Source: a virus (taxonomy: Duplodnaviria; Caudoviricetes). Taken from it: a stretch of DNA of 25,541 nt. The position numbers and the translations under genes were made by a program. Every line of letters starts with the position of its first letter. Within the stretch, counting starts at the first letter, position 1. The notes under the pieces were generated by a model. It saw nothing but the letters and a program-made list of their open reading frames with translations. It was not told the DNA's origin and made no database searches. Positions 1 through 8,364 of the stretch are shown here, piece by piece. The stretch is taken from IMG/VR virus record IMGVR_UViG_3300017987_000334, positions 1 through 25,541 of that record; one strand, written 5' to 3'.

Positions 1-846
1 GTACGGATCACCGTCTTCAACCGTTGTTGTGCCACCGCCAGCACCCTGCGTAATTTCTACAAGATTTTTATCACCGTTTACTGCGATATCACCGCTGTCG
101 AACACAAAGTACTGCTCGCCTCGTTTTACATACACATGTGAGCTATCAAAATAACTGTTAGCATTATCGGAGATGACAAGCTGAAGCGCAGTCGTTCCTG
201 CAATTACACCTGCGTTCGCGCCGTTGACGGGAAACGCTGGTATTGACGCTCCGTTTGGATTCAAGTTTACTGTCCAATCACCAAGTATATACGGGGCTAC
301 AAGCCCTTCAAAATTTTCTTCAAGGTCTGGGAACGAAGTGGACGTAAGAGCTGTTGTTGGCATCGTTTTGTTTGCTTTGTCAAAATCATCACGAGACCTA
401 AGCGTGATCTTTTGAACGTCGCGTTTAAAACCACCAATCTCTGTCACCACTCCCTTATAAATATCACTATATGTGCTGGCTACGTCTCTGAGCCCAAGAC
501 TTACAGTAACTGTCTTTCCTATCCAGCCGTCGTAATCGACGCCGCCAGGGACAAAGTTATTAAACCGGCCATCGACGTTACTGAGCACCAGGTCAAGGCT
601 TGAGAATTCTATCTCTGGGCTTAACCAATCGCCGACAGTACGACTGATGATAGGGAACTGAGTTAAAGCTTCATAAAACGTTGAGTTGATGTACTTGTTT
701 CTATCTGATGCGTATATGTATCCAGTAGGCGTATCGATAACCACAACCATGTGCAGCCCGTTATCAAGATTGTCCTGACATCGGTCAAGAAATGCTTGAT
801 CAAGCACAGTTGCGGTTAGATATTCCCTTCTGTTTACACTAGACAT
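1..846 (-). CDS. Tail tip / baseplate-hub-like protein, 3' end outside the window (282 aa visible)
   Basis: Not in the ORF track; translated by hand. ATG at 846 overlaps the upstream TAA (TAATG) and the frame is open to base 1: MSSVNRREYLTATVLDQAFLDRCQDNLDNGLHMVVVIDTPTGYIYASDRNKYINSTFYEALTQFPIISRTVGDW...LSNVDGRFNN...VTVSLG...IYKGVV...VAPYILGDW. The position two genes after the tape measure and these motifs fit a hub protein. Confidence 0.75.
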   Translation of the reverse strand, partial: MSSVNRREYLTATVLDQAFLDRCQDNLDNGLHMVVVIDTPTGYIYASDRNKYINSTFYEALTQFPIISRTVGDWLSPEIEFSSLDLVLSNVDGRFNNFVPGGVDYDGWIGKTVTVSLGLRDVASTYSDIYKGVVTEIGGFKRDVQKITLRSRDDFDKANKTMPTTALTSTSFPDLEENFEGLVAPYILGDWTVNLNPNGASIPAFPVNGANAGVIAGTTALQLVISDNANSYFDSSHVYVKRGEQYFVFDSGDIAVNGDKNLVEITQGAGGGTTTVEDGDPY

Positions 847-2255
847 TACTTACTTTCATCCCATTCAAGCGAAAATGATGTGTAGTCGGCGTCTTCTTCA
901 AGAACGCGGTTAGAATACGATGGTAGCTGCACAAGTTTAGCAAACACGGCGTATCTCTCTGGATACAGCGGCGTCGGTATCACAAGACATTTAAGACTTG
1001 TACGCGCATACTTAACCATGTCATCAATCAATTTGAAATTGCCCTTAAGATAATTTAAATCTTCAAAGCTAAGTCTTAACCATTTTCTAAGAGCGCGATC
1101 GTTCATGATGTTGGTAAAACCTTCGGTCTCTACCTCGTCCTTATAATGTTTTAGCCCGTGCTCAATTGGATTTTGAAAACACTCTGAAGTTGTAAAAATA
1201 TCGCTGACACCAAACAAGATTGTACCAGCCTCTATGTATCCGTCTGTGTTTGTTGGATCTTGAATAGTAAAGCGCCAGTACCTGTTCTGACCAATAAGTG
1301 TTGGAAGCGTTTCGGCTATCCAGTACATATCATCAAGCTGCGTCTCCATAGTAAAAACTATATCAGACGGCGAAAAAGATGGATTCTTTGAACCCTGTAC
1401 TTGCACAATAGCTGATTTTGTAAGGTTGTGACCAAGTATCGCGATTGTATCAACTGGGACGCCCTGACTAAGTCCTGTGTCACATGTAAGAGTTATGCTG
1501 CCAGCTGTTACCGAGCGCGTAACTTGCTCGATTATATCTGTGTTAAGATTATTTGGACTGAAATCACCAGCTGCTTCTGTTGGGCTCATGACCCAGTTAA
1601 GTCCAGCAAGCGCCTCGGTTCCACGGCTTGGAAATTCACAGAGTATTCGAAGCTGAGTATTATTATAGATTACCATGGCAGCCTGCATACCTGTTTTAAC
1701 AACACGTATCTGCGTTGCCTGCATGCCAAGGGTTTCTTCTTTTGTGATTACCTGTGAGGTCTGCATACCTGTGATAAGTGATTTGTCCACTATGTGCATC
1801 TCAGCTTGCATGCCAGACTCAGCTGTTTCAAGTACAAGCTGGCGAGCCTGCATACCGAGAAACGCACGCATGCAGTAACTCAGATATGACTCTTCAAGAT
1901 AAGGCGTTTCAAGGTACCCTTCATCACAAAGCCAATGTCTTAGAGGGTACTGCTTGGCCTGCATACCACCAACGGTTGGGATATCGCCTATATTCATGTC
2001 AACTTGAAAACCAAAAATACCACTGGTATCTGTGATCATGTTTGCTTGCATGCCAGCTGCATTAAGCATATCAACAACAGTCATAGCTGCCTGCATGCCA
2101 GATGCATGGCTATCAATAATAGCTTGGTCAGCCTGCATGCCCGTTGTGGCTTGTTTTCTAATTACCTGATTTACCTGCATGCCGCTAGGCGGGTCGTTTA
2201 TACCCGAGAGGTATTCATCTTCTAAATATTCTCGATCAAGATACCCTTCAGCCAT
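846..2255 (-). CDS. Distal-tail-like virion protein with N-terminal GMQ repeat region and a beta-sandwich-like domain
   Basis: 469 aa, coupled to the tape measure stop by TAATG. The C-terminal part has AILGHNL...RYWRFTIQDPTNTDGYIEAG motifs that I recognise from siphophage post-tape-measure proteins. The N-terminal ~195 aa are repetitive. Confidence 0.65.
   Translation of the reverse strand: MAEGYLDREYLEDEYLSGINDPPSGMQVNQVIRKQATTGMQADQAIIDSHASGMQAAMTVVDMLNAAGMQANMITDTSGIFGFQVDMNIGDIPTVGGMQAKQYPLRHWLCDEGYLETPYLEESYLSYCMRAFLGMQARQLVLETAESGMQAEMHIVDKSLITGMQTSQVITKEETLGMQATQIRVVKTGMQAAMVIYNNTQLRILCEFPSRGTEALAGLNWVMSPTEAAGDFSPNNLNTDIIEQVTRSVTAGSITLTCDTGLSQGVPVDTIAILGHNLTKSAIVQVQGSKNPSFSPSDIVFTMETQLDDMYWIAETLPTLIGQNRYWRFTIQDPTNTDGYIEAGTILFGVSDIFTTSECFQNPIEHGLKHYKDEVETEGFTNIMNDRALRKWLRLSFEDLNYLKGNFKLIDDMVKYARTSLKCLVIPTPLYPERYAVFAKLVQLPSYSNRVLEEDADYTSFSLEWDESK
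1675..2255 (-). repeat. Coding repeats: 11 G(M/F)Q units at mostly 14-15 aa period, in two blocks each headed by EGYLxxxYLExxYLS
   Basis: The Gly of each repeat is at aa 25, 39, 53, 68, 82, 97 and 134, 148, 163, 177, 189. Visible in the plus-strand DNA as recurring tgcatgcc/tgcatacc. Confidence 0.92.
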
Positions 2256-5200
2256 TACCTAACTCCTTTTGCACTAAGAACATACGAACCGTCTTGCGAC
2301 ATTCGCTTTATGCCCTTGACTATTTCTGGGAGTATCTCACTTCTAACAGACGCGGGGGATAGATCCGTGCGTGCATTGATCTCTATTTTCTGAATAGTGA
2401 TACCGCCGCCGGTTCCTGCCCTTTGACTCATTCCATTATTCATATCGTTAAGCGTGTTTACTCCGATCGAGTCAACAGCCGATCGCTTCATAACAAACTC
2501 ACCTGGCTCGGCAAGGCCATAATCAGCCACGTACCCACCAGTGGCAAATTTATTGGCTTCTATCATTCTCCAAATACCTTTCATAGTGTTGCCATACACC
2601 TGTCTCCAAAGGTACTCAGGATTAAGAAATTTAATAAACATGTTGGCGTCATTTATAAGCGTTTTCCACCCTGCTTTTGCTTCAGATTTAAGTCCTTCCC
2701 AAGCAGCTGACATAGAACTTGTAAAATTATCTATGCTAATATTGCCAATGTCTCCAAGGTCTGGAAGACCAAAGCCACCATCACCGCCACCGGTTACAAA
2801 ATCAATAACATCGCCGCCAATACTAAAAGATGGTATTTTTCCATCAAGAACCTGACCAATCATATTGGCTATTCTTGGATTCTCCATATCACTCCGTGGT
2901 ATGATTGCCTCACCTGGAGACACTAGGGCTAAAACACGATCATTCAAATTACTATCGCCACGGGTTACTGCCGAGCCTGGCACGATGCCGCCTTGAGCAA
3001 AGCTTATAAAAGGTACATCAATGCCAAGGGCGTTTTCAACAGTACTTGTACCCCAAGCTCCGGAGTCATCAAACATTTTTAGGAAAAAGTTCTTTGGGTT
3101 TAAACTATTAAATATCTGCGTTATAAACGAACCAAGCTGCTTGAAGTTATTCCAAAACCCTTCCCAAATGTTTCTACCAATATCTTGAAAAAAGTTAAGC
3201 GCAGACGAGAACCCTTTTTTGACGCCTTCCCATATGTCTTTACCAAGGTTTTCAAGAAACGCCGATGCTTGTGAAGCTATGTTCTTTAGCCCTTCCCAAA
3301 TAGTAGAGCCAATCTCTTTTATGAAGTTCCAAGCTTGCTGAACGGCAGCTTTGAGCCCTTCCCATATGGTTTTGCCCATTTCTTTTATAAATTCCCAAGC
3401 GTCGATTATAGCTTGCTTTAGCCCTTCCCAGATTGCTTTACCAACGCTTGAAAGCCATTTTACAAACTTCTTCCAAAGGTTTTGAAGCCACGCAAGTACG
3501 TCCCACATCGCCGATTTAATCGCGTCGTGGATACGATCGGACATTGTAAGCCCACGCATCTCGGCGGTAAGATCAATGACTTCAAAAAGTTTAGATGCGC
3601 TCCGAGCTATGCTATCTCCAATTTGCTCGATGTTTTCTTGAACATTACCCATGTCAATGTTGAAGATATCGCCCATACCAAAGAGATTTGCGATCATGTT
3701 CACAAGCTCTTTTCCTGCGAAAATGATTCCATCAACGAGCCCCATGGCTATCTCGGGCATGGCGCGAATGAGGGCAGTTATCAGCTTTGGCGCTGCCTTA
3801 ATGAAAGCAGTGGCAAAAATGACAACAAATTTAGCGCCCCATGTAAAGAACATTACAAGCGCTTGACCAAACTTAAAGGCTATTTCTGGTAGCCGTTCTA
3901 TCAACCCTAATAATGCCTCTGGTATCTTCTCCATCAACTTTTCAAACGCTTTTGGCAGCCCTTCGATGAAAAAATCAAGGACTGTCATCATAATATCGCC
4001 AATAGAGTCTATTAAATTTGGTATAAAATCAGATACAAAATCGGTTATTCCCTTAGCTAGGTTCTTTAGAGCGTCTGATATACGGGCAGGAAGATCTGTT
4101 AGTGACGTGAAAAGACCAGTAATGCCGTCTATTAGATTGGGAATAAGGTCGATGAGAGATTGAAGCGCCTGGACTATCATGTTGAGAGCTGCAACGGCGC
4201 CAAGTACTCCAGATGTGGCACTTGCCATTCCACTTGCAAAATCAGCCGCTGTACCGCCAAGAGCCGATTCAATGGTCTGTATTTGGCTCTGATCAAATAA
4301 AATAGCACCTTTACCAGCTTGTTCTTGCGCGTCCTTTATTTCTTGTTCCTGCGCAGCTGCGATTCTGGCCGCTCCTTCTTTCTCTATAGCAGAACGCATA
4401 TCGTCAATTATTTTTAATTCTTCTTTTTTTAGCTTAAATACTTTTCTAAGCGCTTTAGCCTCTTTATCAAACGCGTCAAGTTTTAACTTAAGTTCAAGCT
4501 CAGCTGCCTTAACAAGCTCTTTGCTACTCTTTAACTCGGACACTTTAAGATCTTGAGTCTTTGCGATCATATCGAGGATTGCATCGGCGCGAATCTTTTT
4601 CATTTGCTCGTGAGCAATAGCAAGTTCTTTAGTCGCCTTTACGGCGTCTGCCCAAGCCTTTTTAATCTCGTCACCAGAGGCTTTACCTTCTTCTTTAAGG
4701 TTTCTGTACTTTGACATAGCATTGCCAGCAGCCACTGATAAAACGTCTACCTCTGAAGCCGCTTTTTCATAAGCAGTGCCCCATACACCTATTGAAATAG
4801 TCTGCTTATCTATCTCAGCTGTTAGCTGCGCATTATACGTTCTAAAAGTATCTGCCAACCTAATTGCTTTTTCATACTCTTCACCAGCTTTATCAGCAGC
4901 TATAGCCATTTTGTCAAATGCAGATGCCATATTTGCCACACTACTCACAACAGAGCCACCGAGAACTTTTATTCTTCGGTCTATTTCTGCCATCTGCATT
5001 TTAAGAGCCTCGGTTTCTTCCCCAGCGTCTGCAAAAGCAAGCTTAAATCCAATGACTGCTTTTGATGCTAGTAGCATAGATGACATTAGACCTGTTATGA
5101 TTAACTTTGTAAAATTAACAAGGACTTTCATCACCGACTGAAGTATTTCTTTTGTTCCTTCCCATGCTTTATCAAATATAGTCAATTCATCTTTACTTGT

Positions 5201-7342
5201 AGCAAACATTTTACCAAGGTTAATAAATGCTTCGTCTATAAAGGAAAGCTCTTTTCTTAACTCACCAAATGCCTCAATAATAAGGTATACAGCCCCTATT
5301 ATAAGACCAACAGCTAATACTACTGGATTAGTTAAAAGCGCCTTTCCAAGTACAAGTATAGCTTTTCCAGCAGAAAGAACTGCATGAGTCATTGACTTAA
5401 ACGCGGCCGCTAAAGCGCCTTTTGTTATTATTGCTAAATTGCTCATAGCTATAGATAAAGAAGTAACTTGAGCAGTCTGTACACCAAGAGATGCTGATGT
5501 AAAAGCCATTGCTTTAGAAAGCATTAATTGAACAGTAGCATTTTCAGCAATCACAGTAGTAAGTATCTTATATACTGTTGTAAGCCCCGCTATTAATAAA
5601 ATATAACTTAAAGTGACTCCTGATAATTTTAGAAACACTCCTAAAAAATCGATTAAAGCCCCTGCTGCTTGAGTGAATACCTTTGGAAGGGCTATAACAG
5701 CATTTACAAGATTCGTTTGAGCTACAATTAATGCTCTTGTAACATTTCCCTGTTCCCCAAGTGTACGTTGCAAAACCTCTATCCGCTTTGTTAAAAGAGC
5801 ATTAGCGCCAGCAATATTCTCTGTTTGCTTTTCCGCTGCATTTAACACTCTATTGTGGTTTTCGTAAATAACACTAAGTTTTGCTAGCTGCTTTTCTTGA
5901 TCATTCATAGAATCTATGGATTTACCAGACTCATGAACGTATTTCGAATGAGCAAGAGCACTGTCTTGAAGGGCTATTCCTAAGTTAAATGCTGGTTCTG
6001 TTGTTGTACCTAATCCTTTTACAAGAGCAGTAGTAACACTAAGCATATCTTTACCGCGACTAGCAGCCACATCAAGAGCAGCTTCAAATATTTTTATTTG
6101 ATCAACTGGTTTAAGACCAAGAGCTACGGCTTCATTTGAAATAAGATTCACACTTTTGACAAGAGAATCAGTGGAGGAAGATACTTTATTGTCAGTCTCT
6201 TCAATAATAGACGACCACATTGCAAATGAATTTACAGCCGTTTCGCCTACCTCGCGTGAAATACCCTCGATACTAAATTTAAGATTAAAAAGTGAAGCCT
6301 CAAACTTTGCTGCCTTTTCCTCAAATATAGTCATTGCTCCTATAAGTTTGTCTCCAATAGCTTCAATAAACTCTCCAATAACACTAAGAGCATAAACAGA
6401 TGCCGCTGTAAAAGAACCTATAAGCAAAGAAGCAATCGCAGAAAGTGTGCCTATAGTTTTTAAAGCCTCACTTTCTGTCTCTCTTAAAGCAAGTGACAAC
6501 CCCAAAAGAGCTGGAGCTGCTATTCTACTTTTTTCAATAAGACCAAAAATACCAGGTGTAAACGATTTGTGTACTACTCCAGAAAAAGAAGTTATATCTT
6601 TAGAAACATTTGATACAGAAATACCAACATCTAATAGATTAGTCCGTAATCTTGGTGAAAAAATTGCGGCTACATTGAGTCCGATAATACCTAATATAGA
6701 CGTTTTTAACACAGCAAAAGTTGTGTCTAGTGCTCTAAGAATACTATTAGCACTTTCCGCTTTTTCATATAGTGCCTGAAATAAACCACCTTCTTTACTT
6801 CTAATAGCTTCCATTTTTACGGATAGATCTTGAAGATTTTCAGAGGCATCAAAAATAGTATCCGAAAATTCCTTTTGGCCTTTTACCCTTAAAATAAGTG
6901 ATAAAATACGCAACATTTTAGATAAATTACTTATGGATTTAGGGTCACTAATCATTTTTATAATGTTAAGAACATTGGAAACAGATGAAGTAATCCCTTC
7001 TACTGCACTACCAATACCAATAAAAGCATCACCAACAGATTTAACCACCTTTACCTGCTGCACAGTTGCTTGAGATACCGAAGTGACTGCCTTCTCTTGA
7101 TTTAATAAAATTTTATTATACTTTCCAGCTGTCTTCATAGCCTCGGAGTATGTCGAATTAGCTCCTTTTAATTGCGCATTATTGGCTTCTAGGGCAACAG
7201 TAACAGCTTCAACTTGTTTTTGAAGCTCTTCAGATATTTCTACAACATCAACAGATTTGCCTTCAAGGGATTCGTAGCCTGCTGTGGCGTTGTCTTCAAC
7301 AGATATCTTTATCTTGAATTCTTGATCTTTAGTGATCGCCAC
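2255..7342 (-). CDS. Tape measure protein (~1695 aa)
   Basis: Longest ORF, directly after the chaperone pair. Ala/Leu/Ile-rich and helical, with hydrophobic segments, coiled-coil stretches, Trp repeats and C-terminal FAxGG...PGE motifs. Start moved from TTG 7369 to GTG 7342, which follows AAGGGG just after the upstream stop. Confidence 0.95.
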   Translation of the reverse strand: MAITKDQEFKIKISVEDNATAGYESLEGKSVDVVEISEELQKQVEAVTVALEANNAQLKGANSTYSEAMKTAGKYNKILLNQEKAVTSVSQATVQQVKVVKSVGDAFIGIGSAVEGITSSVSNVLNIIKMISDPKSISNLSKMLRILSLILRVKGQKEFSDTIFDASENLQDLSVKMEAIRSKEGGLFQALYEKAESANSILRALDTTFAVLKTSILGIIGLNVAAIFSPRLRTNLLDVGISVSNVSKDITSFSGVVHKSFTPGIFGLIEKSRIAAPALLGLSLALRETESEALKTIGTLSAIASLLIGSFTAASVYALSVIGEFIEAIGDKLIGAMTIFEEKAAKFEASLFNLKFSIEGISREVGETAVNSFAMWSSIIEETDNKVSSSTDSLVKSVNLISNEAVALGLKPVDQIKIFEAALDVAASRGKDMLSVTTALVKGLGTTTEPAFNLGIALQDSALAHSKYVHESGKSIDSMNDQEKQLAKLSVIYENHNRVLNAAEKQTENIAGANALLTKRIEVLQRTLGEQGNVTRALIVAQTNLVNAVIALPKVFTQAAGALIDFLGVFLKLSGVTLSYILLIAGLTTVYKILTTVIAENATVQLMLSKAMAFTSASLGVQTAQVTSLSIAMSNLAIITKGALAAAFKSMTHAVLSAGKAILVLGKALLTNPVVLAVGLIIGAVYLIIEAFGELRKELSFIDEAFINLGKMFATSKDELTIFDKAWEGTKEILQSVMKVLVNFTKLIITGLMSSMLLASKAVIGFKLAFADAGEETEALKMQMAEIDRRIKVLGGSVVSSVANMASAFDKMAIAADKAGEEYEKAIRLADTFRTYNAQLTAEIDKQTISIGVWGTAYEKAASEVDVLSVAAGNAMSKYRNLKEEGKASGDEIKKAWADAVKATKELAIAHEQMKKIRADAILDMIAKTQDLKVSELKSSKELVKAAELELKLKLDAFDKEAKALRKVFKLKKEELKIIDDMRSAIEKEGAARIAAAQEQEIKDAQEQAGKGAILFDQSQIQTIESALGGTAADFASGMASATSGVLGAVAALNMIVQALQSLIDLIPNLIDGITGLFTSLTDLPARISDALKNLAKGITDFVSDFIPNLIDSIGDIMMTVLDFFIEGLPKAFEKLMEKIPEALLGLIERLPEIAFKFGQALVMFFTWGAKFVVIFATAFIKAAPKLITALIRAMPEIAMGLVDGIIFAGKELVNMIANLFGMGDIFNIDMGNVQENIEQIGDSIARSASKLFEVIDLTAEMRGLTMSDRIHDAIKSAMWDVLAWLQNLWKKFVKWLSSVGKAIWEGLKQAIIDAWEFIKEMGKTIWEGLKAAVQQAWNFIKEIGSTIWEGLKNIASQASAFLENLGKDIWEGVKKGFSSALNFFQDIGRNIWEGFWNNFKQLGSFITQIFNSLNPKNFFLKMFDDSGAWGTSTVENALGIDVPFISFAQGGIVPGSAVTRGDSNLNDRVLALVSPGEAIIPRSDMENPRIANMIGQVLDGKIPSFSIGGDVIDFVTGGGDGGFGLPDLGDIGNISIDNFTSSMSAAWEGLKSEAKAGWKTLINDANMFIKFLNPEYLWRQVYGNTMKGIWRMIEANKFATGGYVADYGLAEPGEFVMKRSAVDSIGVNTLNDMNNGMSQRAGTGGGITIQKIEINARTDLSPASVRSEILPEIVKGIKRMSQDGSYVLSAKGVR
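3152..3444 (-). repeat. Five 66-bp (22-aa) GxxIWEG repeats in the tape measure
   Basis: ccttccca occurs at 3159, 3225, 3291, 3357 and 3423, an exact 66-bp period. Protein units: GKAIWEGLK, GKTIWEGLK, GSTIWEGLK, GKDIWEGVK, GRNIWEGFW. Confidence 0.93.
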
Positions 7343-7352
7343 AGCAAGCCCC

Positions 7353-7766
7353 TTACTTTTTGGTTCCAAACGACTTTAGAATAGGCTCTACAAAATCTCG
7401 GACATCTTCCCATATACGCCCATAGTTTCTTTCCTTCCACCTATGGACAAAAGCAGGAAAGGCTTCAACGAAAACACTGTCCTGCTCATAAAAGCTACCC
7501 TCTCCGGGTAAAATACCTGTGTACATAGCCACTTTGCACTCTTCGTAAACTGTCGCGAGTCCTTCATACCAAGTTGCTTTACCGGCGCAGAAATAATACT
7601 CAAGGCTCTTATCATCTATCTTCCGTGGCCGCTTCATGTTCTTGAAACCGGGCTCTTCGCATTTTCTCATCTTCGCATTACTTGGGTTTTTTCTGCACAG
7701 CTTACAATCAAATAATTTTCGGCTGCCCTCTTTAGCAAAGTTGAGATCAACTAGAGCCTCAATCAG
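7353..7766 (-). CDS. Tail assembly chaperone frameshift extension (gpT-like part of a ~296 aa gpGT-like fusion)
   Basis: The -1 frame is open from the slippery site: LIEALVDLNFAKEGSRKLFDCKLCRKNPSNAK runs into the tracked ORF 7353..7670 (MRKCEEPG...). It lies immediately before the tape measure. Confidence 0.85.
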   Translation of the reverse strand: MIEALVDLNFAKEGSRKLFDCKLCRKNPSNAKMRKCEEPGFKNMKRPRKIDDKSLEYYFCAGKATWYEGLATVYEECKVAMYTGILPGEGSFYEQDSVFVEAFPAFVHRWKERNYGRIWEDVRDFVEPILKSFGTKK

Positions 7767-8242
7767 TTTTTTGTATGATCTCTAGCGCCACTACCAACAA
7801 GGTTCGAGTACATTGTGAATATTTCACTTACAACGCCTATTCTGTCTAAAATAACGAGTACTTCGTCATGAACATAACCATCTTTATCTTTTCTAAATTT
7901 GATGGCTTGTCCTTCTTCCAAACCCTCTGGATTTTGAATGTCTTTTAATACATATTTTACCACTTTAAACGACCAGTCGCCTATGGTCACTTTCGGTCTT
8001 TTTGTCTCTTCATCATGACCGCCAACCATCGCATTTTTGATTCTGGCCGCTTGTTTTCCCTTCATCTCAAAATTGCAAATGAACTTAGTTGGTTGCTTGC
8101 CGTCCACGAACACCAGGTGTTTTTGATCGCCTGTCGCTTGATATTCATCGAAATCACTTTCTTCCGTGTCAACGGCATCATCACTTTGAGATATGATTTC
8201 TACACAGTTGAACTTCTTAAATTGGTCTAATTTAATCGCCAT
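7763..8242 (-). CDS. Tail assembly chaperone (gpG-like)
   Basis: 159 aa between tube and tape measure, strong RBS (GGAGG-6 nt-ATG), ends at the slippery site. Confidence 0.85.
   Translation of the reverse strand: MAIKLDQFKKFNCVEIISQSDDAVDTEESDFDEYQATGDQKHLVFVDGKQPTKFICNFEMKGKQAARIKNAMVGGHDEETKRPKVTIGDWSFKVVKYVLKDIQNPEGLEEGQAIKFRKDKDGYVHDEVLVILDRIGVVSEIFTMYSNLVGSGARDHTKN
7766..7772 (-). other. -1 programmed ribosomal frameshift heptamer A AAA AAC
   Basis: Minus strand reads CAT ACA AAA AAC TGA: an X XXY YYZ heptamer in the correct phase directly before the chaperone stop, with an open -1 frame. Same arrangement as lambda G/GT. Confidence 0.85.
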
Positions 8243-8284
8243 GGGTTTCCTCCATTAAAAGTTGTATCTGTCCATTTTTACCAT

Positions 8285-8322
8285 AAAAAAACCACGCAAG
8301 CAGCATTTTACTTACGTGGTTT
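8285..8322 (-). terminator. Intrinsic terminator after the tail tube gene
   Basis: Minus strand ACCACGTAAGTA-AAATGC-TGCTTGCGTGGT forms a 12-bp stem with two G-U pairs and is followed by a T run. Confidence 0.8.
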
Positions 8323-8364
8323 CCCTTAACGAGGAGGATAAGACAAGCTTACCCAGGCACAAAC

